This document shows positions 27,163 to 36,162 of a DNA stretch of 64,000 nt, one piece after another (positions within the stretch are counted from its first letter, which is position 1; each line of letters starts with the position of its first letter). The translations under genes were made by a program, and so were the position numbers. Below the pieces are notes generated by a model that was given only the letters and a program-made list of their open reading frames with translations, was not told the DNA's origin and made no database searches. Source of the stretch: Desulfatiglandales bacterium (GTDB taxonomy: Bacteria > Desulfobacterota > DSM-4660 > Desulfatiglandales > HGW-15); the NCBI GenBank assembly GCA_963667015.2, contig CAXXJJ010000001.1, positions 1,696,001-1,760,000 on the forward strand. The letters run 5' to 3'.

Positions 27163-28878
27163 TTGGCTGATAATCATGAAGTAATGGATGTGGATGTGCT
27201 TTTTGTTGGCGGTGGGGTTGCATCTTTAAGCAGTGCCTTGCACCTCTCCAACCTTATTAAAAAATATAATGAAACTAAAAAAGATGGCGAAGGCGCGAAT
27301 CTTGATGAAGTGATGATAGCTGTCCTTGAAAAAGGGCCTTTTCCGGGAGCCCATGGAATATCAGGTGCTGCTATTGATCCTACGCCTCTAAAGGAGCTTG
27401 TTCCAGATTATCTTGAAAAGGGCGCGCCTATAGAAGGCCATGTAGAAAAAGAAACGGTTTATTTCCTTAAAGAGAATGGCCAGTTCAAACTGCCCATGGG
27501 ACTTGCCCCTAAAAGCCTTAACCCCTTGGATAATCATGGAAACTGCATTGTATCCGTTTCACGGCTGAACGAATGGCTTGCCGGCTTTCTGGAAGAAAAC
27601 GGCGTGGATATATTCCCCGGTTTTCCGGGTGTGGAAGTCCTTTACGAAGGGGAACGTGTAATTGGCGTCAGGACAGGAGATCAGGGTATTGCAGGTGATG
27701 GAAGTCAAAAATCAAATTTTGAACCCGGAATCGACCTGCACGCAAAGGTGACTGTCTTCGGTGAAGGCTCCAGAGGAAGTCTTACCAAGCAGATATTGAA
27801 AAAATTCTATCAGGATGCAGATAAAAATCCCGCAGGTTATGAGGTTGGTGTAAAAGAAGTATGGGAGCTTCCCGAGCAGAGACTTGAACCGGGTGAGATC
27901 ATCCACACAATGGGTTACCCCTTAAAGTCAGATACATTTGGCGGTGGTTTTATATATGGCATGAAGGACAATAAGATCAGTATTGGTCAGCTTATAAGCC
28001 TTGACTACAGCGATCCCTTTCTTGATCCTCACCGTGAATTCCAGAAAATGAAGATGCATCCTCTGATCAGTGATATTCTCAAGGGCGGGAAAATGATCCA
28101 ATACGGGGCAAAGAGTGTTCCTGTAAGCGGTTATTTCTCTGTCCCCAGACTGGCTTTTGATGGCGGTATGATTATTGGTGATTCGGCTAATCTCTTTAAT
28201 GCAATTAAGATTAAAGGTGTCAACCTTGCCATGAGATCCGGCATGGTGGCGGCAGAAACGATTTTTAACTGTCTGGTTAATGATGACTTTTCAACCGGCA
28301 GTCTGGAAAGTTACAGGGATAACCTGATGAAGACACCGGAACTGGCTGACATGTATAAGTCCCGTAACTTCCATCAGGCGATGGAAAGGGGACTTTACAA
28401 AGGTCTCATGACAGTAGGCCTTCAGGTGCTTCTTGGCGGCAGTATCTTCAAATCGCGCCTTGAGTCAACTCCTGATCATACCCATATGAAAAAGGTCAAT
28501 CAGGCCTATGGCACTGATAATGTCTCGGATGCCCAGAAGGGCGATATCAAGTATGATGGAAAACTTACCTTTGATAAGGAAACCGATGTCTATTATTCCG
28601 GTGCAACACACGAAGAAGATCAGCCACCTCATCTGCACATAAAAGATTATGATATCTGCTATACCCAGTGTGCAAAGGACTTTCAGAATCCATGTGTAAG
28701 GTTCTGTCCTGCAAATGTGTATGAGATGGAAACTGATGAGGAAACCGGAAAGAAAAAACTTAAACTGAACTTTTCAAACTGTGTTCATTGCAAGACCTGT
28801 GATATCAAAGATCCCTATGAAAATATTACATGGGTTCCGCCTGAAGGCGGCGGCGGTCCCAAATACAGTATGATGTAG
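27163..28878 (+). CDS. Electron transfer flavoprotein:quinone oxidoreductase (ETF-QO, FixC-FixX-like fusion)
   Basis: TTG start after AGGAGG; FAD motif VGGGVA, GVRTGDQG, EGSRGSL, GVKEVWE, HEEDQPPHL, FCPANVYE, NCVHCKTCDIKDP, WVPPEGGGGP. Confidence 0.93.
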   Translation: MADNHEVMDVDVLFVGGGVASLSSALHLSNLIKKYNETKKDGEGANLDEVMIAVLEKGPFPGAHGISGAAIDPTPLKELVPDYLEKGAPIEGHVEKETVYFLKENGQFKLPMGLAPKSLNPLDNHGNCIVSVSRLNEWLAGFLEENGVDIFPGFPGVEVLYEGERVIGVRTGDQGIAGDGSQKSNFEPGIDLHAKVTVFGEGSRGSLTKQILKKFYQDADKNPAGYEVGVKEVWELPEQRLEPGEIIHTMGYPLKSDTFGGGFIYGMKDNKISIGQLISLDYSDPFLDPHREFQKMKMHPLISDILKGGKMIQYGAKSVPVSGYFSVPRLAFDGGMIIGDSANLFNAIKIKGVNLAMRSGMVAAETIFNCLVNDDFSTGSLESYRDNLMKTPELADMYKSRNFHQAMERGLYKGLMTVGLQVLLGGSIFKSRLESTPDHTHMKKVNQAYGTDNVSDAQKGDIKYDGKLTFDKETDVYYSGATHEEDQPPHLHIKDYDICYTQCAKDFQNPCVRFCPANVYEMETDEETGKKKLKLNFSNCVHCKTCDIKDPYENITWVPPEGGGGPKYSMM

Positions 28879-28956
28879 AAGCTATTATGTTAAATGTAAA
28901 GCGTTTTTTATTGATTAGGCCAAGTACTTTTTGTATATAGAGCCAGCAAAAAATAT

Positions 28957-29023
28957 CGGTTTAGGGTAAAGAGTTTGCGGGTCATTTCGAAATAAATTCC
29001 GACAAATTTTACACCTTAAACCG
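28957..29023. other. Long imperfect hairpin between ETF-QO and qmoA (terminator or leader structure)
   Basis: CGGTTTA.../...TAAACCG outer stem with inner TAAA/TTTA, TTTG/CAAA, CGG/CCG pairings; A tract before, T tract after. Confidence 0.55.
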
Positions 29024-29105
29024 CATTTTTTATATATTATGTAATTTTTTATTACTTTATATAAGTTTTAATGTATTCTTGCCAAAATAGTTGAGGAGGA
29101 TGAGT

Positions 29106-30368
29106 ATGACAAGTACAGAGACTCAGAGTATTCTGGTAGTGGGTGGTGGAATCAGCGGTCTCACCACGGCTATCGAAGCAGCTGAAGCAGGCTATGATAC
29201 CTATATTATAGAGAAAAATCCCTATCTTGGTGGTAGAGTTGCTCAGCTTCATAATTATTTCCCCAAGATGTGCCCGCCCTCTTGCGGATTGGAAATCAAT
29301 TTCAGAAGAATAAGGCAAAATCCCAGAATCCGGTTTTTTACTATGGCCGAAGTGGAATCGATTTCGGGTGAAGAGGGTAATTTTGATGTTAAGATAAAAA
29401 TCAATCCTCGCTATGTAAACGAAAAATGTACTGCTTGCGGAAAATGTGCCGAAGTATGTAAGGCAGAGATTGATAATCCTTTCAATTATGGCATGAATAA
29501 AATCAAGGCGGCTTACATGCCTCATGACATGGCCTATCCTCCCAGATATATTCTTGATCCGTCTCTCGTAAAGGGCAGTGAGGCACAGAAGGTAAAGGAT
29601 GCCTGTCCATACGGTGCAATTGAACTGGATATGGAAGCAAAGACAATGGACCTCAAGGTCGGATCCATAGTGTGGGCCACCGGCTGGAAGCCATATGATC
29701 CTTCCAAGCTTGAAACCTACGGATTTCAGAATTATCCAGATGTAATAACCAACGTGATGATGGAAAGACTGGCCTCCTTCGGCGGTCCTACAAAGGGAAA
29801 AATAGTCCGCCCTTCTGACGGTGAAGCCCCAAAGAGCATAGCATTTGTGCAGTGTGCAGGCTCAAGAGATATTAATCATCTTCCCTTCTGTTCCGGGATA
29901 TGCTGCCTCGCCTCGATGAAACAGGCAACCTATGTTAGAGAACAGTATCCAGACGCTCAAATATACATCTGTTATATTGATATCAGGGCTACTGACAGGC
30001 TCGAGGCCTTTTACACCAATGTCAAAAAAGATGAGAAGATCAACTTCTTCAAGGGGAAGGTCGCCAAGATTGATCAGGGAGAGGATGGAAAGGCTCTGGT
30101 CCTGAGAGTAGAGAATACCACCACCGAAGAGATAAACGAACTTTCGGTTGATATGGTTGTTCTGGCAACCGGAATGGAACCCAATACTGCAAGTAGTCCG
30201 CTTCCCATTTCTATCCCATATGATGAGTATGGATTTATAGCTTCGAAAAATCCAAAGCCTGGAATTACGGGAGCAGGATGCTCAAGATCACCAATGAACG
30301 TTTCGGAAGCGGTTCAGGATGGAACTGCCGCAGCCCTGAAAGCTATTCAGTCCATCGTTAGGAGGTAG
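29106..30368 (+). CDS. qmoA: Quinone-interacting membrane-bound oxidoreductase subunit A (HdrA-like)
   Basis: ILVVGGGISG, YFPKMCPPSCGLEIN, FVQCAGSRD, CSGICC; ATG 29106 suits the GAGGAGG RBS. Confidence 0.93.
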   Translation: MTSTETQSILVVGGGISGLTTAIEAAEAGYDTYIIEKNPYLGGRVAQLHNYFPKMCPPSCGLEINFRRIRQNPRIRFFTMAEVESISGEEGNFDVKIKINPRYVNEKCTACGKCAEVCKAEIDNPFNYGMNKIKAAYMPHDMAYPPRYILDPSLVKGSEAQKVKDACPYGAIELDMEAKTMDLKVGSIVWATGWKPYDPSKLETYGFQNYPDVITNVMMERLASFGGPTKGKIVRPSDGEAPKSIAFVQCAGSRDINHLPFCSGICCLASMKQATYVREQYPDAQIYICYIDIRATDRLEAFYTNVKKDEKINFFKGKVAKIDQGEDGKALVLRVENTTTEEINELSVDMVVLATGMEPNTASSPLPISIPYDEYGFIASKNPKPGITGAGCSRSPMNVSEAVQDGTAAALKAIQSIVRR

Positions 30369-30373
30369 ACCCA

Positions 30374-32587
30374 ATGGAAAAAAAGAGCGCAGTATATATT
30401 TGTACGGGATGTGGCATCGGAGATGCCCTTGATATAGACCAGCTTGCCCAGGTGGCTGCTGATGAATTCAGTGTGCCGATCTGCAAGCAGCATGCAAACC
30501 TGTGCAGCAAGGAAGGCGTTGAATTAATAAAAAAAGATATAGCAGATGAAGGTGTCAATGCCATAGCCATAGCAGCATGCTCACCCAGGGTGATGTATGA
30601 TACCTTTGATTTTGAAGGCTGCATAGTAGACAGAGTTAATTTGCGTGAACAGGTTGTCTGGAGCCAGAAGGAAAATGATGAAGATACCCAGATGATGGCG
30701 GAAGATTACATGCGTATGGGTATTACAAAAATAAACGGAATGGAATTGCCAGAGGGTTTTAAGCCCGAAGAGGAATTCTCAAAAGACATACTTGTTGTCG
30801 GCGGCGGATTAACCGGTCTCAATGCTGCACTTGAAGGCGCAAAAGCCGGGTATTCAATGATCCTTGTTGAAAAGGAAAACGATCTTGGCGGTTTTCAGAA
30901 AAATGTAAAGGAAGTCGCGATATCCCCCTTTAAGGAAGTCACAGAAAATGATCTTCAGACACTGATCAGGGAAGTGACCGATAATGAAAAGATCACCGTA
31001 TATACCGGCTCAACAATGGAAAGTATATCCGGTGGTCCTGGAATATTTAAAGCAAAAGTAAAACAGAGCGATGGCATTGCTGAACATAAAGTTGGTGCTG
31101 TTGTGCTTGCTGCAGGCTGGAAACCCTATGACCCTGAAAAACTTGATGCAAAACTCGGTTACGGCCAGTCTCCGGATGTAATAACCAATGTGATGTTTGA
31201 AGAGAGCACAGTCGAAGGCAAAATACTACGCCCGAGCGATAATAAGGAAGTAACAAATATCGCATTTCTCCAGTGTGCAGGCAGCCGTGATCCCAAACAT
31301 CTGCCTTACTGCTCATCAATATGCTGTACCGCTTCCCTTAAACAGGCGATCAGGGTAAAACAGCAGAATCCTGATGCCGGCGTATACATTGTATATAAAG
31401 AACTTAGAACCCCAGGCCAGTCTGAAGATTTGTACCGCAAGGCCCAGGAAGAGGGTGTGGTATTTATCAGGTGCCAGGATCCCGAGGTTAAGGTTGACGG
31501 CGCATTATCTGTCGAGGCTGATGATGAACTTCTCGGAGAAAAGGTAATAATAGATGATCTTGATATGGTTGTCCTGGCAACAGGCATGGTCACAGTATCT
31601 GCATTCGGCAGAGACATAACAAAGGAACAGCAGGCCGAATCGGATGAAGAGGACCTGGATGTACCTCTTGATGTAATCAGGCGGTCAAATCTCCTTAATC
31701 TCCAGTATCGTCAGGGTCCCGAGCTTCCTGCGCTTAATAATGATTTTCCTGATTCACATTTTATCTGCTTTCCCTATGAAAGCAGGCGTACCGGAATCTA
31801 TCCTGCAGGAACTATCAGAAGGCCCATGGGCATTGGAACAGCCACAGAGGATGCTGCCGGTGCCGTAATGAAGGCTATTCAGTGTATTGAACTTACCACA
31901 AAGGGCGCTGCTGTCCATCCAAGGGCAGGGGATATGACTTTCCCCCACTTTGAGATGAAACGCTGTACACAGTGTAAACGTTGCACGGTTGAATGTCCCT
32001 TTGGTGCAATTAATGAGGATGATAAGGCTAATCCAATGCCGGAACCCACAAGATGCAGAAGGTGCGGTGTCTGTATGGGAGCATGTCCTGAAAGGATTAT
32101 TTCCTTTAAGAATTATTCAGTGCCCATAATAGGTGATATGATAAAATCAATCAACATACCTGAAGAAGATGAAGAGAAACCCAGGATTCTGGTTCTTGCC
32201 TGCGAGAATGATGCATATCCTGCACTGGATATGGCCGGTCTCCACAGGATGAAATATAATGCCTGGGTAAGGGTAGTTCCCTTGAGATGCCTTGGCTCAA
32301 TGAACCTTGTTTGGATAGCTGACACAATGTCCAAGGGTGTTGACGGAGTATTTCTCCTTGGATGTAAGCATGGTGATGATTACCAGTGTCACTTTATTAA
32401 AGGCAGCGAGCTGTCAGAAATTAGGTTGAGCAAGGTTTCGGAAACACTGGACAGGCTGGCGCTGGAGTCTGAAAGGGTTAGATTCGAGGCTGTCTCAATA
32501 ATTGATTATGACAAACTCCCGGCAATGCTGGACGAATTCGCAGAACAAATTCAGGAAATTGGTCCTAACCCCTTTAAGGGCTGGTAA
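30374..32587 (+). CDS. qmoB: Qmo subunit B (HdrA + MvhD-like fusion)
   Basis: YICTGCGIG, YRQGPELP, SHFICFPYESRRTGIY, CTQCKRCTVECPFG, ACENDAYPALD, CHFIKGSEL. Confidence 0.95.
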   Translation: MEKKSAVYICTGCGIGDALDIDQLAQVAADEFSVPICKQHANLCSKEGVELIKKDIADEGVNAIAIAACSPRVMYDTFDFEGCIVDRVNLREQVVWSQKENDEDTQMMAEDYMRMGITKINGMELPEGFKPEEEFSKDILVVGGGLTGLNAALEGAKAGYSMILVEKENDLGGFQKNVKEVAISPFKEVTENDLQTLIREVTDNEKITVYTGSTMESISGGPGIFKAKVKQSDGIAEHKVGAVVLAAGWKPYDPEKLDAKLGYGQSPDVITNVMFEESTVEGKILRPSDNKEVTNIAFLQCAGSRDPKHLPYCSSICCTASLKQAIRVKQQNPDAGVYIVYKELRTPGQSEDLYRKAQEEGVVFIRCQDPEVKVDGALSVEADDELLGEKVIIDDLDMVVLATGMVTVSAFGRDITKEQQAESDEEDLDVPLDVIRRSNLLNLQYRQGPELPALNNDFPDSHFICFPYESRRTGIYPAGTIRRPMGIGTATEDAAGAVMKAIQCIELTTKGAAVHPRAGDMTFPHFEMKRCTQCKRCTVECPFGAINEDDKANPMPEPTRCRRCGVCMGACPERIISFKNYSVPIIGDMIKSINIPEEDEEKPRILVLACENDAYPALDMAGLHRMKYNAWVRVVPLRCLGSMNLVWIADTMSKGVDGVFLLGCKHGDDYQCHFIKGSELSEIRLSKVSETLDRLALESERVRFEAVSIIDYDKLPAMLDEFAEQIQEIGPNPFKGW

Positions 32588-32676
32588 CAGGTAATACGTT
32601 CATGGTGCCCGGAAGAGTTATACTTTCGGGTGGTGAATGAGCATATATTTTAATGAGAGGCAGAGGAGGTGTATTT

Positions 32677-33834
32677 ATGAGTGTAAAAGTTGATCCGAAT
32701 TTTATAAAGGATCTGAAGGCATTTGGTCTTACTGATGCCAATAAATGTATGCACTGTGGAAACTGTACTGCGATATGTCCCCTTTCAGAGGGAGATACTA
32801 CTTTTCCACGTAAACTTATAAAATATGCACAGATGGGAATGGAGGACAAGATCCTTAAAAGTCCCGAACCATGGCTGTGCTATTACTGCGGTGACTGTTC
32901 AGATGCGTGTCCCAGAGGTGCTGATCCAGGCGAATTCATGATGACAATGAGAAGATACCTTACGTCCAAATATGACTGGACAGGTTTTTCCAAAAAATTC
33001 TATACATCTCATATCTTTGAGTATGTCGCTGTAGCAGTTGTTGCTATATTTATTGGTTTGCTCCTGACCTTTTTCCATGCCGAAAACCCGAATATGGAAC
33101 ACGCCTATATTAATTCCGTGTGGCCGGCACCGGCAGTTGAAATCGGTGATATGATAATGGGAACAATTCTAGCCCTTCTTCTACTCAGCAATACATTCAG
33201 GTGTGCAAAATTTATTATGGGGGATATGTTGTTTAAAGTCCCGCTGGGGGTCTATATACGCAATGCATGGGAACTGGTTGTCCAATTCCTGACCCAGAAA
33301 CGTTTTGGTGAATGTACTGACAAGATGCAGTGGTTTGTCCATTTAATGATTATGACAGGCTATTCCACAGTGTTTATGCTTGTAGTAGTATTCCTTGCAG
33401 GTGGAATACACGTCATAGGGCTGTCCTGGGAACCATTAAGTTTCCAGCGTGATGTGATCTATCCGATCTGGCATCCGATGCGTTTACTTGGTTATTATGC
33501 TACATTTGCAATTATGTATGGCACTACCTATGCGATAATAGGAAGGCTTAAAAAGAGCAAGACACCTTATAAGAACAGCCATGGAACAGACTGGATGTTT
33601 CTTATCCTGCTTCAGTTGACCACGATGACTGGTATCTTTATCCATTTTACCAGACTTCTTGATTGGCCTATGACCACATACGTTCTTTATGTTATCCATA
33701 TGATGGTGGCAATACCAATGCTGGTACTGGAAGTTCCTTTCGCAAAATGGGCGCATCTCGCCTTCAGGCCTGTAGCTCTCTTTTTGATGAAGGTAAAGGA
33801 AGATTATAAAAAAGATCTGGATACATTCGCCTAG
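32677..33834 (+). CDS. qmoC: Qmo subunit C (2x[4Fe-4S] domain + heme b membrane domain)
   Basis: CMHCGNCTAICP, CYYCGDCSDACP, TM helices with His (WFVHL, FIHF, VIHM, KWAHL); follows qmoB; ATG 32677 after GGAGGT. Confidence 0.85.
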   Translation: MSVKVDPNFIKDLKAFGLTDANKCMHCGNCTAICPLSEGDTTFPRKLIKYAQMGMEDKILKSPEPWLCYYCGDCSDACPRGADPGEFMMTMRRYLTSKYDWTGFSKKFYTSHIFEYVAVAVVAIFIGLLLTFFHAENPNMEHAYINSVWPAPAVEIGDMIMGTILALLLLSNTFRCAKFIMGDMLFKVPLGVYIRNAWELVVQFLTQKRFGECTDKMQWFVHLMIMTGYSTVFMLVVVFLAGGIHVIGLSWEPLSFQRDVIYPIWHPMRLLGYYATFAIMYGTTYAIIGRLKKSKTPYKNSHGTDWMFLILLQLTTMTGIFIHFTRLLDWPMTTYVLYVIHMMVAIPMLVLEVPFAKWAHLAFRPVALFLMKVKEDYKKDLDTFA

Positions 33835-33861
33835 GTCTTTTATATAGAAATTTGCTAACTC

Positions 33862-33908
33862 GAACCAGACTTCCATGGGATAAATTATGGGGGTTTGGTT
33901 CTTTATTT
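33862..33908 (+). terminator. Putative terminator after qmoC
   Basis: GAACCAGACTTCCATG...TATGGGGGTTTGGTTC stem (with G:U) + TTTATTT. Confidence 0.6.
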
Positions 33909-33952
33909 AGGGAATACCATCCAATAAGGATAAACAAAAGGGAGTTTGAAAA

Positions 33953-34222
33953 ATGGAAAACAATGAAATACCCAAATGCCCCCACTGTGGTTCGGAGATG
34001 AATAAGTGGGTTCCTCCTGAGGATTCAACCTGGGCTGAGGATCCATTCCACTGGGTATGCTTTAATGATGAGTGCCCATATTTTGTAAAAGGATGGAAAT
34101 GGATGGAAGATACCCAGGGAGTAAAGATGTCATACAGGCATCAATTTGACCCTGAAACAGGTAAGGAAAGTCCTTTACCAACAAAGACCCTCACAATGCA
34201 CAGAAACAGGATTATAAAATAA
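33953..34222 (+). CDS. Small zinc-finger protein (Ogr/Delta-like zinc ribbon)
   Basis: CPHC...[21 protein letters not shown] overlap with the next gene. Confidence 0.75.
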   Translation: MENNEIPKCPHCGSEMNKWVPPEDSTWAEDPFHWVCFNDECPYFVKGWKWMEDTQGVKMSYRHQFDPETGKESPLPTKTLTMHRNRIIK

Positions 34223-34986
34223 TGGATCTTAAAATTGGAAGGAACGATCCCTGTCCCTGTGGCAGCGGAAAGAAATTTAAGAAATGTCATATGGGTAAAG
34301 AAGATGAACTTGCCCTGGACAGCATGGGTGAATTTACCGAGGAAATGAGCCGGAAAATTACCGGTCTTCCTGAAGTTGATTACGGGCGATGCCGTGAGAT
34401 AATTGATTCACTTGATATAAAAGAACTCACAGGAAATGTCATGGGAATACGGCTTGTTGATCTCAAAGAGTATTCCGATCTTAATCTCTTCAGCAGCAGT
34501 CATTCAAGGGCAGAAGAGGGAAAGGGTGGTGGTGTTTTTATAAATGTTTTGAAAACACTGCAAACAGACCCTGATAACCTGTATCTTGCTATATCAGAGA
34601 ATATTGATGATTCAATATTTATTCATGAGCTTGCACATGTTCTTGATTATCTTGGGGGATCCAACATCATGCCGGGAGCTCAACAGCCGTTAAGCATGGA
34701 AACAAATATTCCTCTTGAGCACCTTGAGCATCCGGAAGAGTACGGAAAATGGCTGGAGTATCTGGCTGATAAATTCAAAGTTGAGCTTGATGCCGATGAT
34801 ACTATTGTCTCCTACCTCTACAAAAACGGGAAGCTTATTAAAGGTTCTGTCATTGCAGGCGGCAATGAAATGCTCATGAAAACCAAATCCGAGCAGATAT
34901 TCAGATTCCTGTCAGAAAACAGCCAGGATCTTGACAGACTTATTCGTGAACGGGACGGGTATATCGGACCGCAGGAGAATAAATAA
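34222..34986 (+). CDS. SEC-C motif protein with HExxH (zincin-like) motif
   Basis: [30 protein letters not shown]. Confidence 0.85.
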   Translation: MDLKIGRNDPCPCGSGKKFKKCHMGKEDELALDSMGEFTEEMSRKITGLPEVDYGRCREIIDSLDIKELTGNVMGIRLVDLKEYSDLNLFSSSHSRAEEGKGGGVFINVLKTLQTDPDNLYLAISENIDDSIFIHELAHVLDYLGGSNIMPGAQQPLSMETNIPLEHLEHPEEYGKWLEYLADKFKVELDADDTIVSYLYKNGKLIKGSVIAGGNEMLMKTKSEQIFRFLSENSQDLDRLIRERDGYIGPQENK

Positions 34987-35035
34987 AAACGCGGTATAAG
35001 GTGTAAGGTCTACGATAGGGAATACAATACAAAAT

Positions 35036-35061
35036 GTAGGGGTGGACCCGTGTGTTCGCCC
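35036..35061 (+). repeat. GTAG-type REP-like palindrome
   Basis: GTAG + GGGTGGAC-CCGTGT-GTTCGCCC hairpin between convergent genes. Confidence 0.6.
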
Positions 35062-35104
35062 TTTGTTTTTGCTTTGAGCCTTGCACCCTGTCCTTGTGCC
35101 TTAC

Positions 35105-36022
35105 TTATCTATAAATTTCCTCGTGATAGCATTTCCATTTGCGATGAATCCATAACCATTGTGCAGGATATTGCCGGATCGCTTTTTCAATAATATCATT
35201 CTGGTGATTAGTAGCTTCTGTTATATCCATTACTTCTATATTCATCTCCGGGAAAAAGACAATTTTATGTCTGGTTATATCTTCCGTTGATCTAAAAATA
35301 AACATGGGAACGACAGGGGTATTATACTTTGTTGCCAGGGTATAAACTATTGAAATGGTATTGGTTTTTTTATTAAAAAACCGGCAGGGTATCCCTTCGT
35401 GAGGTTTGGCCTTCCTGTCTGGAAAGATTACAAGATCTTCACCCTTTTTAAGGTTTTTAATGGCCGGTCTAAGGCCGTTCTCCTTGTAAAGTATTTTTAC
35501 TCCAAATCTTTCATTGTACGCAACCCTTTCTTTTTCCAGAAGAGGGTTGTCTATTGCCCGGACAATAAAGTTAAGGCAATTGAATGTGTCTGCATAATAA
35601 AGGTGGGCATATTCCCAGTTGCCAAAATGTGCACATAACAAAATAACTGATGGATTTTTCTTTTTTGCTGTAACCAGATGTTCCTCACCTTCCACATGTA
35701 TACGGTTTTTTATTTTATCAAGACTGACTTTCGTTAATCCCATCAAACGTATCCATTCAAAACCTGTAATGCCGAGTAGTATAAAATTGGAACGGACAAT
35801 TGTTCTCAATTCTTTGTCGTCTTTCTCATCACCAAAGGCAAATCTTAGATTTATCAGGGCGATTTTTCTGTGATGCCAGTCAATCAGGTATATAAAATAT
35901 CCAAAGCACTTTCCGAAAAACAGCCATATTCTGAGTGGTATTATCATGGATATGGAATGAAACAGTAATATGAACAGATAAACAATATGATGGCCAATAT
36001 TGGGATTAGAATCTTTATTCAT
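35105..36022 (-). CDS. lpxL: Lipid A lauroyl/lysophospholipid acyltransferase (LpxL/HtrB family)
   Basis: ALINLRFAF, AHFGNWE, AIRQYPAQWLWIHRKWK. Confidence 0.88.
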   Translation of the reverse strand: MNKDSNPNIGHHIVYLFILLFHSISMIIPLRIWLFFGKCFGYFIYLIDWHHRKIALINLRFAFGDEKDDKELRTIVRSNFILLGITGFEWIRLMGLTKVSLDKIKNRIHVEGEEHLVTAKKKNPSVILLCAHFGNWEYAHLYYADTFNCLNFIVRAIDNPLLEKERVAYNERFGVKILYKENGLRPAIKNLKKGEDLVIFPDRKAKPHEGIPCRFFNKKTNTISIVYTLATKYNTPVVPMFIFRSTEDITRHKIVFFPEMNIEVMDITEATNHQNDIIEKAIRQYPAQWLWIHRKWKCYHEEIYR

Positions 36023-36162
36023 GTCTTTTTCTTTTTTATATTTTAATTCATTCAGCTCAAAAAATCATATAGAAGATAATTAAATATTTGATTGAAAATA
36101 GCAAGGATTAGATACTGTTTGCTGTATATGGCTTGAGGTTTTTGATAAAAAATGGAACCGAT

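Noticed and set aside
29106..33834. Selenocysteine recoding in Qmo/Hdr-like subunits
   Set aside because: All three frames are open and full length, with no in-frame TGA.
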